Below, in pieces: positions 1 to 8,454 of a stretch of DNA of 32,000 nucleotides. Origin of the DNA: Candidatus Iainarchaeum sp. GTDB taxonomy: Archaea; Iainarchaeota; Iainarchaeia; Iainarchaeales; CSSED10-239. The notes under the pieces are model-generated. The model did no database searches and was not told the DNA's origin. It saw nothing but the letters and a program-made list of their open reading frames with translations. How positions within the stretch are numbered: the stretch's first letter is position 1; the number at the start of each line of letters is the position of its first letter. Both the position numbers and the translations under genes were made by a program. The stretch is taken from NCBI GenBank assembly GCA_037441475.1, contig JBBISB010000001.1:186418-218417 (forward strand), given 5' to 3'.

Positions 1-2
1 TT

Positions 3-158
3 AAAAAACAAAAAAATGAGGTTAAGTTTTCTGATAAGTGTATAATGTGCACTAAATGTTATAACTTCTGTCCAGTTAATGCCATTAACTATAAGTCTGA
101 AAAAACAAAAGATTATAGAAGATATTTTCTTTTTAGAAAGGATACTATAAAAAAATAA
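3..158 (+). CDS. 3' end of a 4Fe-4S ferredoxin-domain protein (5' truncated by window edge)
   Basis: Frame 3 is open from the window edge. It reads ...FSDKCIMCTKCYNFCPVNAINYKSEK...TIKK then TAA at 156-158. CxxCxxCxxxCP is the classic 4Fe-4S cluster motif. Confidence 0.6.
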   Translation, partial: KKQKNEVKFSDKCIMCTKCYNFCPVNAINYKSEKTKDYRRYFLFRKDTIKK

Positions 159-174
159 AAAGAATGATTTATTA

Positions 175-465
175 ATGAGAAAGATATTGTTAATATTATT
201 ATTACTAATAATGCTACTGCCTTCCTTTACCTTTGCAAGGGCTTTATCCATTGATTCTTACAACATAGATTATACTTTAAACAAAGATGGAATTGTAAAT
301 GTTTCTGAAAAATTACAGTATACCTTAAATGGATGTTACACAGAACTTTACCTTCAAAAACCAACTTCCTTAAAGATATTAAATGCAAGTGGTTTTTGTG
401 AAGATAAAGAGTGTACCTTTAGGCATGACTTAACAAACACACCTAGAAGTAAGTTGTGTTTTTAA
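175..465 (+). CDS. Small secreted hypothetical protein (N-terminal signal peptide; DUF2207-like N-terminus, possibly a fragment)
   Basis: 96-aa ORF. The hydrophobic leader is MRKILLILLLLIMLLPSFTFA. SIDSYNIDYTLNKDGIVNVSEKLQY resembles the start of DUF2207-type proteins, which are much longer. Confidence 0.35.
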   Translation: MRKILLILLLLIMLLPSFTFARALSIDSYNIDYTLNKDGIVNVSEKLQYTLNGCYTELYLQKPTSLKILNASGFCEDKECTFRHDLTNTPRSKLCF

Positions 466-587
466 AAGTTATGTTTAAAGAGAAAAAAGAAGATAAAAGA
501 TAAAAACCTTAGAGTAAAAAAGAAAAACAAAGATTAAAAAGAAAAACAAAGTATTTATAAATCAATTTCATAAATATATTTAGTATT

Positions 588-1262
588 ATGGTAAAGATAG
601 ATAACTATTATAAAGTAGTTGCTTCAACTTTTGGTATTGCATACGTTATTGGTGTAATCATTGCTTTAATCTATGCATATAGAGGAGAACTAGTTGTAGA
701 GACAAGTAAAAGCTTTATTCAAAATCTAACACTTACAAACGCCATATATTTCAAACAAACCTTATATGAAATATTTAACAACTCCTTAGATCTTTTTGTA
801 ACACCATTTGCATACCTTGTTGCAGCTATACAGTATGCATACGTTCATGTAGATCTTTTAACATCCTCCTTTTTAGGACAAATAAAGTTATTGGTTGAAC
901 TAATACCACAGTTTCTTTTCTTTATATCCTATATCATCTTTTCAACCTTAGGTCTTAAAACCATTTTATTAATAGTTAAAACATTTTTAAACAACTTAAT
1001 AATTAAAGAAAATAAATATAAAATAAAACAGAAGTTTTTTACAAAAGAAGATATTAAGCTATTGTATATAGCTTTACTTTCAATAGTTATAGGAACAACA
1101 ATACAAACACACTTGATAAAGGTGTTGTTTATTTTCTTTATAAACTTAAAATCAATTGCTTTTATCTTAATTGGTATTATATATTTGTTAATAGTCCTTC
1201 TTTCAGTATATATAACCTTTAAGATAGTTAGTGAATACTTAAAAACATATAAAAAAGAATAA
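588..1262 (+). CDS. Polytopic membrane protein, translationally coupled to the downstream HerA-like ATPase
   Basis: 224-aa ORF with about 5-6 hydrophobic segments. Only 3 nt (1263-1265) separate its stop from the next start at 1266. Family not recognised with confidence (IFNNS... is weakly reminiscent of DUF95/SpoIIM-like proteins). Confidence 0.55.
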   Translation: MVKIDNYYKVVASTFGIAYVIGVIIALIYAYRGELVVETSKSFIQNLTLTNAIYFKQTLYEIFNNSLDLFVTPFAYLVAAIQYAYVHVDLLTSSFLGQIKLLVELIPQFLFFISYIIFSTLGLKTILLIVKTFLNNLIIKENKYKIKQKFFTKEDIKLLYIALLSIVIGTTIQTHLIKVLFIFFINLKSIAFILIGIIYLLIVLLSVYITFKIVSEYLKTYKKE

Positions 1263-1265
1263 AAT

Positions 1266-3788
1266 ATGAGTCTTGACTTTACAGATAACATTGTTGTTGG
1301 AAGAAAACAAAGCGATATTGATAAATACGCAGAAAAAGCAACAGGGTATTTAGGAAAAGTAGTTGTCTCTGGTGGAGATGATCCTGTTTTAGGTAAAAAA
1401 GTATTAATGGATCTTTCAAGATCACATGTTATGATAATCTGTGGTAAGCGTGGTGGAGGAAAGTGCGTAACTGGAGACACTTTAATAGCCTTAGAAGATG
1501 GTAGAGAGATACCTATAAAAGACTTAGAAAAAGAAAAAACAAAAATAATCTCTTTAAATCAAAATCTAAAAATAGAAAAAGGAAAAGTAGAAAAATTTTT
1601 AAAAAGAAAAGTAAATGAAATAATTGAAATTAAGCTTAGAAGTGGAAAAGAAATAAAACTTACACCAGAACACCCTCTTTTAACAGTTGAAGGATGGAAA
1701 GAAGCAAAGGAACTTAAAGTTAAATCAAGAGTAGCAACCCCTAGAAAATTAAATAACATAGGAACAGAAAAAATAGAGATTGAAAAAATAAAAATAATAG
1801 CATACCTTCTTGCAGAAGGGCATCTTTCAAACAAAGTAGTTCTTTTTTGTAATAGTGATGAAAAAATAGTTGATGACTTTAAAAAAGCAGTAAAAGACTT
1901 TGATAAAGAACTTGACTTTACAGAAATTGGAAAATACAACTATAAGGTTATATGGGATAAAGCAAAAAAAGAACATTTTCAAAAAGGGACTTTAAAAGAA
2001 TACCTTAAGAAAATTGGTATGTATGGTAAGCTTGCATACGAAAAAGAAATACCAGAAATGATATTTAAACAAACAAAAGAAAGACTTTCACTTTTCTTAA
2101 ACAGACTATTTAGCTGTGATGGAGGCATATACTTTGAAGAAAAGAACAGGTGTAGGATAAGCTACTCCTCTTCCTCTAAGAAAATGATTTTACAGGTACA
2201 AGGGTTATTATTAAAGCTTGATATACTATCTAAAATAAGAAGAAAAAAGACTCTAAGAAGAGATAACTATGAGCTTGAAATATTAGAACAAGATGTTAAT
2301 AAATATATATCAGATATAGGGTTTATTGGAGACAAAGAAGAAAAGGCAAAAAAGTTTAAACTAAAAATTAAAAATCCAAATATAGATACTGTGCCAAAAG
2401 AAATATGGAAAGACTTTAAGCCTAATAAAAGTTGGAAAGAAATTGGAATTGAGTTCAATTACAAACAACCAAAGGCCTTGAGAAGTTCTATAAACTACTC
2501 TCCTTCAAGAGATAAACTTTTAATAATTGCAAAGAAAGAAAATAACAAATATTTAGAACAACTTGCAACCTCAGATATATTCTGGGATGAAATTAAAGAG
2601 ATTAATGTTGTTAAAAGAAAGGTTGAAGTGTATGATATTAGTGTTTTAAAAAATCATAACTTTGTTGCAAACAACATAATAATACACAACAGTTACACTT
2701 TATCTGTTGTTATGGAAGAATTTGCAAGACAACCCTTTGAAGTTAAAGATAGACTCTCTGTTATTGTTATTGACACTGTTGGCATTTTCTGGACCATGAA
2801 CTACCCTAACAAAGAAGTACCTAAATCTCTTCTTTATAAATGGGATATAAAGGCAGAAGGTATAAACATTAGAAACATGATACCAACAGGAAAGCAAGAG
2901 TTTTATAAAGAAAAAGAAATACCATTTGATGCACCTTTCTCAATAAGGACATCCCAAGTAGACTTAGAAGACTGGCTTGGGTTATTTAGGCTTACATGGA
3001 GAGATCCTGAGTCTGGTCTTCTATCAAGAACAATAGATACTTTAAAACAAAAGTTAGGAACTCTTTATGATATTGATGATATTATTAAGATAGCCTCAAC
3101 AGATACAGATACAACAAAAGAAATAATTGACTCACTTATAAACAGAATGAAGGTTGCAAAGTCCTGGGGACTATTCTCAAAATCAGGAACAACCATGAAG
3201 GAGTTTGCAAAATCAGGAACCATAACAACCATTGATGTTTCAACATATAAGCAAGCTATTGGTATGGAATCTGTTCAAGAACTTATAGTTGGGCTTTTAG
3301 GAAAGAGACTATATGAAGAAAGAATGCTTTATAGAAAAGAAGAAGAAAAAAATCTTTTAGAAGTAAAAAGAAAAACTAGTGAAATGCCAATCATATGGAT
3401 GGTAATAGATGAAGCACACATGTTCATGCCACAGGATAGGCCAAGCATGGCTTTAGATGTTTTATTACAATGGATAAGGGTTGGAAGGCAACCTGGACTT
3501 TCCTTAATCTTAGCAACACAAAGACCAAACAAACTACACTCTGAAACCATCTCACAATGTGATTTATTTTTAAGTATGAGGATGACAGCTCAAGAGGATA
3601 TTCAAGCAGTTTCCTCAATAAGACCAAGCTACCTTAACATACCAATGGATAAATACTATGCACAAATGCCAAAAGAACAAGGGTACGCTATAATGATTGA
3701 TGACAACTCTGAAAAAGTAATACTCTTAAAGATAAGACCAAGAATAACATGGGATGGAGGAAAAACAGCTAATGTTTTTTCTGATTAA
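1266..3788 (+). CDS. HerA/FtsK-superfamily (DUF87-like) P-loop ATPase carrying an intein
   Basis: 840-aa ORF. Walker A GKRGGGK|...|SYT is restored after removing the intein. Walker B is IIWMVIDEAHMF. LILATQRPNKLHSETISQCDLFLSMRM is typical of HerA/DUF87 ATPases. Confidence 0.85.
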   Translation: MSLDFTDNIVVGRKQSDIDKYAEKATGYLGKVVVSGGDDPVLGKKVLMDLSRSHVMIICGKRGGGKCVTGDTLIALEDGREIPIKDLEKEKTKIISLNQNLKIEKGKVEKFLKRKVNEIIEIKLRSGKEIKLTPEHPLLTVEGWKEAKELKVKSRVATPRKLNNIGTEKIEIEKIKIIAYLLAEGHLSNKVVLFCNSDEKIVDDFKKAVKDFDKELDFTEIGKYNYKVIWDKAKKEHFQKGTLKEYLKKIGMYGKLAYEKEIPEMIFKQTKERLSLFLNRLFSCDGGIYFEEKNRCRISYSSSSKKMILQVQGLLLKLDILSKIRRKKTLRRDNYELEILEQDVNKYISDIGFIGDKEEKAKKFKLKIKNPNIDTVPKEIWKDFKPNKSWKEIGIEFNYKQPKALRSSINYSPSRDKLLIIAKKENNKYLEQLATSDIFWDEIKEINVVKRKVEVYDISVLKNHNFVANNIIIHNSYTLSVVMEEFARQPFEVKDRLSVIVIDTVGIFWTMNYPNKEVPKSLLYKWDIKAEGINIRNMIPTGKQEFYKEKEIPFDAPFSIRTSQVDLEDWLGLFRLTWRDPESGLLSRTIDTLKQKLGTLYDIDDIIKIASTDTDTTKEIIDSLINRMKVAKSWGLFSKSGTTMKEFAKSGTITTIDVSTYKQAIGMESVQELIVGLLGKRLYEERMLYRKEEEKNLLEVKRKTSEMPIIWMVIDEAHMFMPQDRPSMALDVLLQWIRVGRQPGLSLILATQRPNKLHSETISQCDLFLSMRMTAQEDIQAVSSIRPSYLNIPMDKYYAQMPKEQGYAIMIDDNSEKVILLKIRPRITWDGGKTANVFSD
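1464..2690 (+). mobile_element. Intein (409 aa) with LAGLIDADG homing-endonuclease domain, inserted in the P-loop
   Basis: It starts at Cys (CVTGDTLIALEDG) directly after GKRGGGK. Block B is LTPEHPLL. The two LAGLIDADG motifs are IIAYLLAEGHL and LFLNRLFSCDGGI. It ends VANNIIIHN, followed by the Ser +1 nucleophile (SYTLSVV). Confidence 0.85.
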
Positions 3789-5214
3789 AAAACTTAACCT
3801 TAGGTTTTAGTTTCTCTAAAACCTCTTTTTTTAATTTTAAATCTAAAAGCATTTTCTTTTCCTCATGGGAGAGAGAAGTAAACTCTAAAAGCCCATAAAA
3901 GACTGGTCTTTGGAAAAGAACATATTTAAAGAACCTTAAGTCTCTTCTCTCTAAAGAAGCAAGCTTTAAAGAGTAAAGGAAAGCAAACAACCTAAAGCAC
4001 ATTGTAAAAATAAATAAAAAGATTAAGGCTTTAAACTCAGTTCCATAATACTTGGTTGCTAAGTTAATTATTAATGCACCTAAAAGAGTACCTATTAGGA
4101 TTGCTGAAGACTGTATTATTAGGTAAAAAGAACTATGCCCTATTAAATCTCTTTTAATATTTTTATAAAGATAATTAATTAAGGAAAGATTAAAGGCACC
4201 AAAAATAACACCAAAAACAAAAATTGAATAGATCATTAAGGCATAGTTGTTATAAAGGAAAGCTGGAACTACTAAAAAGAAAGGTAAAAACAAACTACTT
4301 ATCTGTAAGACCTTTGAAGGAGAGTACTTATCTGAAACATAACCCCAATAGCTTAAGCCTAAAACAGTTCCTAAAATAAAAGAGATTCTCCACCAGATAT
4401 ACTCAACAGTCGTATACTTTAAGTGCTCTAGAATAAAGTAAGTTACATATGAGGTTGCAAGATGTATACCAATAAAAGAGATTACTACGAAGATTAAAAA
4501 ATGCATGAAAGCCTTGTCTTTGAAAACTGCTTTTTTAAAAAAATGAAAGGTATTTTCAGTTTTCTTTTCATCAACAAGCTTTAAGATATACTCTTTATCC
4601 TCTGTTTGGTTCATTTTGTTTAGGTATCTTGAAGAGATAAGCCTAAAGATTGCTGCAAAAACAAAGATTATTGTAAAACCTAAAAAATCATTCTTGGTTT
4701 TCATAAAATCTAAAAAATAACCAATTATGAAGACTGGGATAATTGATATAAGCTCAATTACTATGTTCTTTCTTGCTATGAAAAAACCCATCTTTGAGGT
4801 TGGAAAAAGCTTTCTTATCCAGTCCATGTAGATTGGGGTAACTATCATTCCTGAACCTACTATTAAGGTGTAGATTAGGATTACAAGCCAGATTGTTATT
4901 TGATTTGTAAAAAAATAATTAGCAAGAGCTAAAGGTATCCATAAAAGAGCTTGAAGAGTTATAAAAGTTACAACAGCATGCTTCTTTGAATCAAATAACT
5001 TTAGTATCCTGTAAGAAATTAAAACTAGAAAGGAAGTTATGAAGAAAGGGAAGGCCTGTACTAAACCTACTTGAAAAGCATTTGCTCCTAAAGAGATTAA
5101 GTAAGGTATTAAGAAGGTTACAGCTATTGAGTTCATTAGAACCCAGAAGATACCGTCCTTTATTGAAAAAGAAAAGTCCTTTTTTATTTGGTTTTCTGAT
5201 CTTCTAAACAGCAT
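3769..5214 (-). CDS. MFS-type transporter (multi-pass membrane protein)
   Basis: 481-aa ORF with about 12 hydrophobic segments and an MFS-like N-terminus (DGIFWVLMNSIAVTFLIPYLISLGANAFQVGLVQAF). Its 3' end overlaps the HerA gene convergently by 20 nt. Confidence 0.6.
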   Translation of the reverse strand: MLFRRSENQIKKDFSFSIKDGIFWVLMNSIAVTFLIPYLISLGANAFQVGLVQAFPFFITSFLVLISYRILKLFDSKKHAVVTFITLQALLWIPLALANYFFTNQITIWLVILIYTLIVGSGMIVTPIYMDWIRKLFPTSKMGFFIARKNIVIELISIIPVFIIGYFLDFMKTKNDFLGFTIIFVFAAIFRLISSRYLNKMNQTEDKEYILKLVDEKKTENTFHFFKKAVFKDKAFMHFLIFVVISFIGIHLATSYVTYFILEHLKYTTVEYIWWRISFILGTVLGLSYWGYVSDKYSPSKVLQISSLFLPFFLVVPAFLYNNYALMIYSIFVFGVIFGAFNLSLINYLYKNIKRDLIGHSSFYLIIQSSAILIGTLLGALIINLATKYYGTEFKALIFLFIFTMCFRLFAFLYSLKLASLERRDLRFFKYVLFQRPVFYGLLEFTSLSHEEKKMLLDLKLKKEVLEKLKPKVKFFNQKKH

Positions 5215-5289
5215 ATTAAAACACTTAAATATTTAACAAATAGTTTTTTTTGTAAAATAGATTTTCTTTTTTAAAAAAAATAAAGAAAG

Positions 5290-5363
5290 TGCTCGAAGGG
5301 GGATTCGAACCCCCGTTATCAGAGTGAGAGTCTGATGTGATTACCGGGCTACACTATTCGAGC
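5290..5363 (-). tRNA. tRNA-Glu (anticodon CUC)
   Basis: The reverse complement is GCTCGAA TA GTGTAGCCCGGTAATCAC A TCAGA CTCTCAC TCTGA TAACG GGGGG TTCGAAT CCCCC TTCGAGC A. All stems pair. The anticodon loop CUCUCAC gives CUC. No CCA is encoded. Confidence 0.9.
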
Positions 5364-5388
5364 TTTTTTTATTTTATTGTGAAAGGTA

Positions 5389-5470
5389 TGCAAGGGACAG
5401 GATTCGAACCTGCGAAGCACTAAGCACACGGTTCTTAGCCGTGCCCCTTTGACCACTCGGGAACCCCTGC
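5389..5470 (-). tRNA. Class II tRNA, Leu by anticodon; the canonical 7-nt loop reads AAG
   Basis: The reverse complement is GCAGGGG TT CCCG AGTGGTCAA AGGG G CACGG CTAAGAA CCGTG TGCTTAGTGCTTC GCAGG TTCGAAT CCTGT CCCTTGC A. The 13-nt variable arm makes it class II. The anticodon stem is 5 perfect bp and the loop is C-U-A-A-G-A-A. Confidence 0.8.
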
Positions 5471-5558
5471 TTTTTTTTATAAAGATTAAAACCTTAAAAA
5501 CAAAAAGTAATATTATGATTACTATATATAATATAGAAACAAAAAGAATATAAACAAA

Positions 5559-6137
5559 TTATTTTTTTGATTTTCTTTGTTTTTTAGGTTTTTTTTCAAT
5601 AACCTCTTCTTCTTCTAAAAAATCCTCTTCTTCTGAAAAGTTTTCATCTTCTTCTGGAAAATCATCCTCTTCTGAATCTAAAGAATCTTCTTCTAGGATA
5701 GGGTTTTCATCCTCTTCTTCTGTGAAATTCTCTTCATCAGGAAACTCCTCTTCTTCATCTAAAAACTCATCTTCTTCTTGATTTTTCTTAACACCAAGAA
5801 TGTTTGTAGAAAAGCTTTGTGTGTTTGAGAAAGATATAAAGTAAACTACTAAAAAGAAAGCACCTAAGACATAGGTTAAAACCTTATAGTAGATGTTAAC
5901 ATCAAACAATAAAAAAACCTTAATAAATAACAAAATTGAAAAGAAAAGTTCAAGCTTTGATAAATATCTATTCTTTTTAAAAAGTTCTAAAAAATTAATC
6001 TTAAAGAAAGCTAAAAAAGCAATTGTTACTAAACCTAAAAGAATGTATTCATTTTCAGTAAAGATAAAAGAAAGTAAGGTAAAGATAAATAAGATATATG
6101 ATGCAAACTTTCTAAATAAAGAAACTATCTTATTCAT
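5559..6137 (-). CDS. Membrane protein with long polyacidic C-terminal tail
   Basis: 192-aa ORF with 3-4 hydrophobic segments. These are followed by about 70 aa of E/D-rich sequence with recurring F-x-acidic units (EEDEFLDEEEEFPDEENFTEEEDENPILEEDSLDSEEDDFPEEDENFSEEEDFLEEEE) and a basic end KKPKKQRKSKK. Confidence 0.5.
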   Translation of the reverse strand: MNKIVSLFRKFASYILFIFTLLSFIFTENEYILLGLVTIAFLAFFKINFLELFKKNRYLSKLELFFSILLFIKVFLLFDVNIYYKVLTYVLGAFFLVVYFISFSNTQSFSTNILGVKKNQEEDEFLDEEEEFPDEENFTEEEDENPILEEDSLDSEEDDFPEEDENFSEEEDFLEEEEVIEKKPKKQRKSKK

Positions 6138-6164
6138 AATCTATTTTTTACCTTATTTTTATAA

Positions 6165-6785
6165 TTAATGCTTATGTCCGCAACCGCATGAATGAGAGTG
6201 GCCTTCTTCTGAATCATCTTCATCATCTGAGTCGCAATCATCGCATTCACAGTCATCACCGCACTCTCCATCTTCACAACCGCATTTTGAGTGGTCGTGG
6301 TGTTCGTGGTGGTGGGCATGCTCGTGAGCCATTACTTCTGCTTCATAAGCCTTAGCTTCATCTTCTGATAATATCTTAACAAGCTTAATATCAAAAGTTA
6401 AGTCTTCTCCAGCTAAAGGATGATTAATAGTTGCTTTTATCATATCATCTAAGATATCTTCAACATCTATCTTTATAGGACCCATATCTGTAATAAAGTT
6501 ATAGCTTTTACCCTTCTCTAAAGTATCTATATCTTTAAAAGAAGTTTTTGGTATCTCTACAGCCTCTGTGTTTTTAGGACCATAAGCTTCTATAAAAGGT
6601 ATTGTAAAACTTTTATTATTATTTAGATCCATACCAATAACTGAAGCATCAAAACCAGGAATAACCATACCTGCTCCAACCTTAAATCTTAAAGGTTCTC
6701 TTCCTTTTGAAGTATCAAAAACATCACCGTTTTTAAGTTTTCCAGTGTAATCTACTTCAATCCAATCATTTTGTTTAACAGTCAT
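6165..6785 (-). CDS. slyD: FKBP-type peptidyl-prolyl isomerase, SlyD-like, with His/Cys/Asp-rich metal-binding tail
   Basis: VDYTGKLKNGDVFDTS, FKVGAGMVIPGFDASVIGM and INHPLAGEDLTFDIKLVKI form the FKBP core with an insert-in-flap region. The C-terminal tail is HEHAHHHEHHDHSKCGCEDGECGDDCECDDCDSDDEDDSEEGHSHSCGCGHKH. Confidence 0.85.
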   Translation of the reverse strand: MTVKQNDWIEVDYTGKLKNGDVFDTSKGREPLRFKVGAGMVIPGFDASVIGMDLNNNKSFTIPFIEAYGPKNTEAVEIPKTSFKDIDTLEKGKSYNFITDMGPIKIDVEDILDDMIKATINHPLAGEDLTFDIKLVKILSEDEAKAYEAEVMAHEHAHHHEHHDHSKCGCEDGECGDDCECDDCDSDDEDDSEEGHSHSCGCGHKH

Positions 6786-6923
6786 AAAATATCAACTTCA
6801 TCTTTGTAAATATTATTATTTCTAAAGGTTTTTAAATAGATTCTGTCCAAGAAAAATAGAATATTTTACCAACAATATAAATTTAAAAACTATTCGTTTA
6901 TATATTATCTATAGGGATTAAAT

Positions 6924-7787
6924 ATGAGTAAAAAAAACATAATTTCAAAGATATCAGAAAGTATTAATAATCATCAAAGAGGATTGGATAGACTAATCTT
7001 TATATTTGGTGGAATCCTTGCCTTATTTATCACATTAATTGTTGTTGATAACTATGAACTCATATCATTTTCAAAAACAATAATAAATGTCTTAAAAACA
7101 TTGGCTGTTATTGTTAGCTCCTATTTCATTGCATCAGTTATTATTAGGTTTACAAGCTCATGGTCAGTTAGGTTTATTAGAGAAGAAGATATTGAAACAA
7201 AGCTTATAATGTCAAAAGTATATAGTTTTATGATATATTTACTGGCAACAGCTTTTGTTCTTTGGAAAATTGGTGTAACTATTCAAAATATTGCATTAAT
7301 TTCAGGACTTATTGCAACTGGTCTTGCCTTTGCCTTAAGAGAAGTTTTACTTTCTTTCTTTGTATGGCTTATACTTTTAGTTAAAAAACCATTCAGGATA
7401 GGGGATAATATTAAGATAGGGGAAGAAGAGGGGGTTGTTAAACATATCGGTATATTTTATGTACATGTAGATAATACCCCTGAAAGTTATGATGATTATG
7501 TTAAAGTTCCAAATAAAATATTTATTGATAAGGCAATATATAATTATGGTAAAAAACCAGTACCTATAAAGATATCAATGAATATTAATGCTGCAACTAA
7601 AGATATTTATAAGAAAATTAAATTACTTACAGAAAAAATGGATTTTGTTGAGATATATAAAAAACCTTATCTTGAAAACCCAAAAGATAACTTTTTATAT
7701 ATTACAACCATTGTTTATTCTGAGTATCATAAGAGAACAGAAAATAGAACAAAGATAACTGAACTGATTATTGAGATTTTTAAATAA
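6924..7787 (+). CDS. Small-conductance mechanosensitive channel (MscS family)
   Basis: Three N-terminal TM helices, then GLIATGLAFALREVLLSFFVWLILLVKKPFRIGDNIKIGEEEGVVKHIGIFYVHV, the MscS pore-helix/beta-domain signature. Confidence 0.8.
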   Translation: MSKKNIISKISESINNHQRGLDRLIFIFGGILALFITLIVVDNYELISFSKTIINVLKTLAVIVSSYFIASVIIRFTSSWSVRFIREEDIETKLIMSKVYSFMIYLLATAFVLWKIGVTIQNIALISGLIATGLAFALREVLLSFFVWLILLVKKPFRIGDNIKIGEEEGVVKHIGIFYVHVDNTPESYDDYVKVPNKIFIDKAIYNYGKKPVPIKISMNINAATKDIYKKIKLLTEKMDFVEIYKKPYLENPKDNFLYITTIVYSEYHKRTENRTKITELIIEIFK

Positions 7788-7804
7788 ATAAAAAAAAGAA
7801 AAAA

Positions 7805-8173
7805 TTACTTATAGGAAAGATATCCTACAAGTATGTATGTTGAACCTAAAGCTAGATGCTGTATCATGCTTTGATAGTTTCCAAATGCTGTTGTAAAAGT
7901 TATTACAAGCATTATGAAAGCTGGTACTAGAACAACATATTTTTTATAAAGACCAGTGAAAAGCATTATTCCTGAACCTATTTCTGCTATAACTAAAACC
8001 CATGCAAGGAAAACTGGTAAGAAAAAACCTGCTCCTGTAAGCATATTTATAACACCATCTATTCCTCTTATGAATAGTTTGTTAATACCTGCATAAAGCA
8101 TTAAAGCAGCTAAAAGATAAGTGCTTATCCTTATTAGGTAAAAGTTTGTTTGTTGTTGTTTTGTTAAACTCAT
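7805..8173 (-). CDS. DoxX-family small membrane protein
   Basis: 122 aa with 4 TM segments and a DoxX-like pattern (LMLYAGINKLF ... LAWVLVIAEIGSGIMLFTGLY). Confidence 0.6.
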   Translation of the reverse strand: MSLTKQQQTNFYLIRISTYLLAALMLYAGINKLFIRGIDGVINMLTGAGFFLPVFLAWVLVIAEIGSGIMLFTGLYKKYVVLVPAFIMLVITFTTAFGNYQSMIQHLALGSTYILVGYLSYK

Positions 8174-8454
8174 AAATTTTCAAACCCTTTTTTTTAAAAA
8201 GTTTTAATGTATATATATTTATAAAAAGTAAAGTTTATAAATAAATTGTATATCATATATGCTTTTTGTTTTTAAAAAAGAAAGAAAAGGAAATAACCTT
8301 ACTAAAAAATAGGCTTTATATTTGTTTTAGGTCATAAGTTACTTAGTTAACCATTATCATAAAATTACAGTTAAAAAAGAATAATGGGTGTAAAACATTA
8401 ATAATTATGGTATATTTTAAAAAAAACAATTACTTAAGAAGGTGAAAAAAAACT

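Noticed and set aside
466-587. A-rich direct repeats (aaaaagaaaaacaaag twice, around 517-552) between the first two genes
   Set aside because: This is a low-complexity purine tract. The repetition is short and expected in AT-rich intergenic DNA, and no structure or coding potential is evident.
929-1480. 183-aa minus-strand ORF overlapping the membrane protein and HerA genes. Similar antisense or alternate-frame ORFs: 1559-1939, 2267-2458, 2700-2897, 3329-3627, 5893-6168, 6134-6319, 9285-9524, 13373-13811, 15042-15242, 16770-16991, 21971-22162, 23299-23520, 24975-25610, 26432-26668, 26868-27077, 28224-28448, 28862-29155, 29563-30680, 31668-31856
   Set aside because: All lie inside or antisense to better-supported genes with recognisable motifs. 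Their translations are low-complexity (Ile/Phe/Leu/Ser-rich), typical of shadow ORFs in AT-rich DNA.
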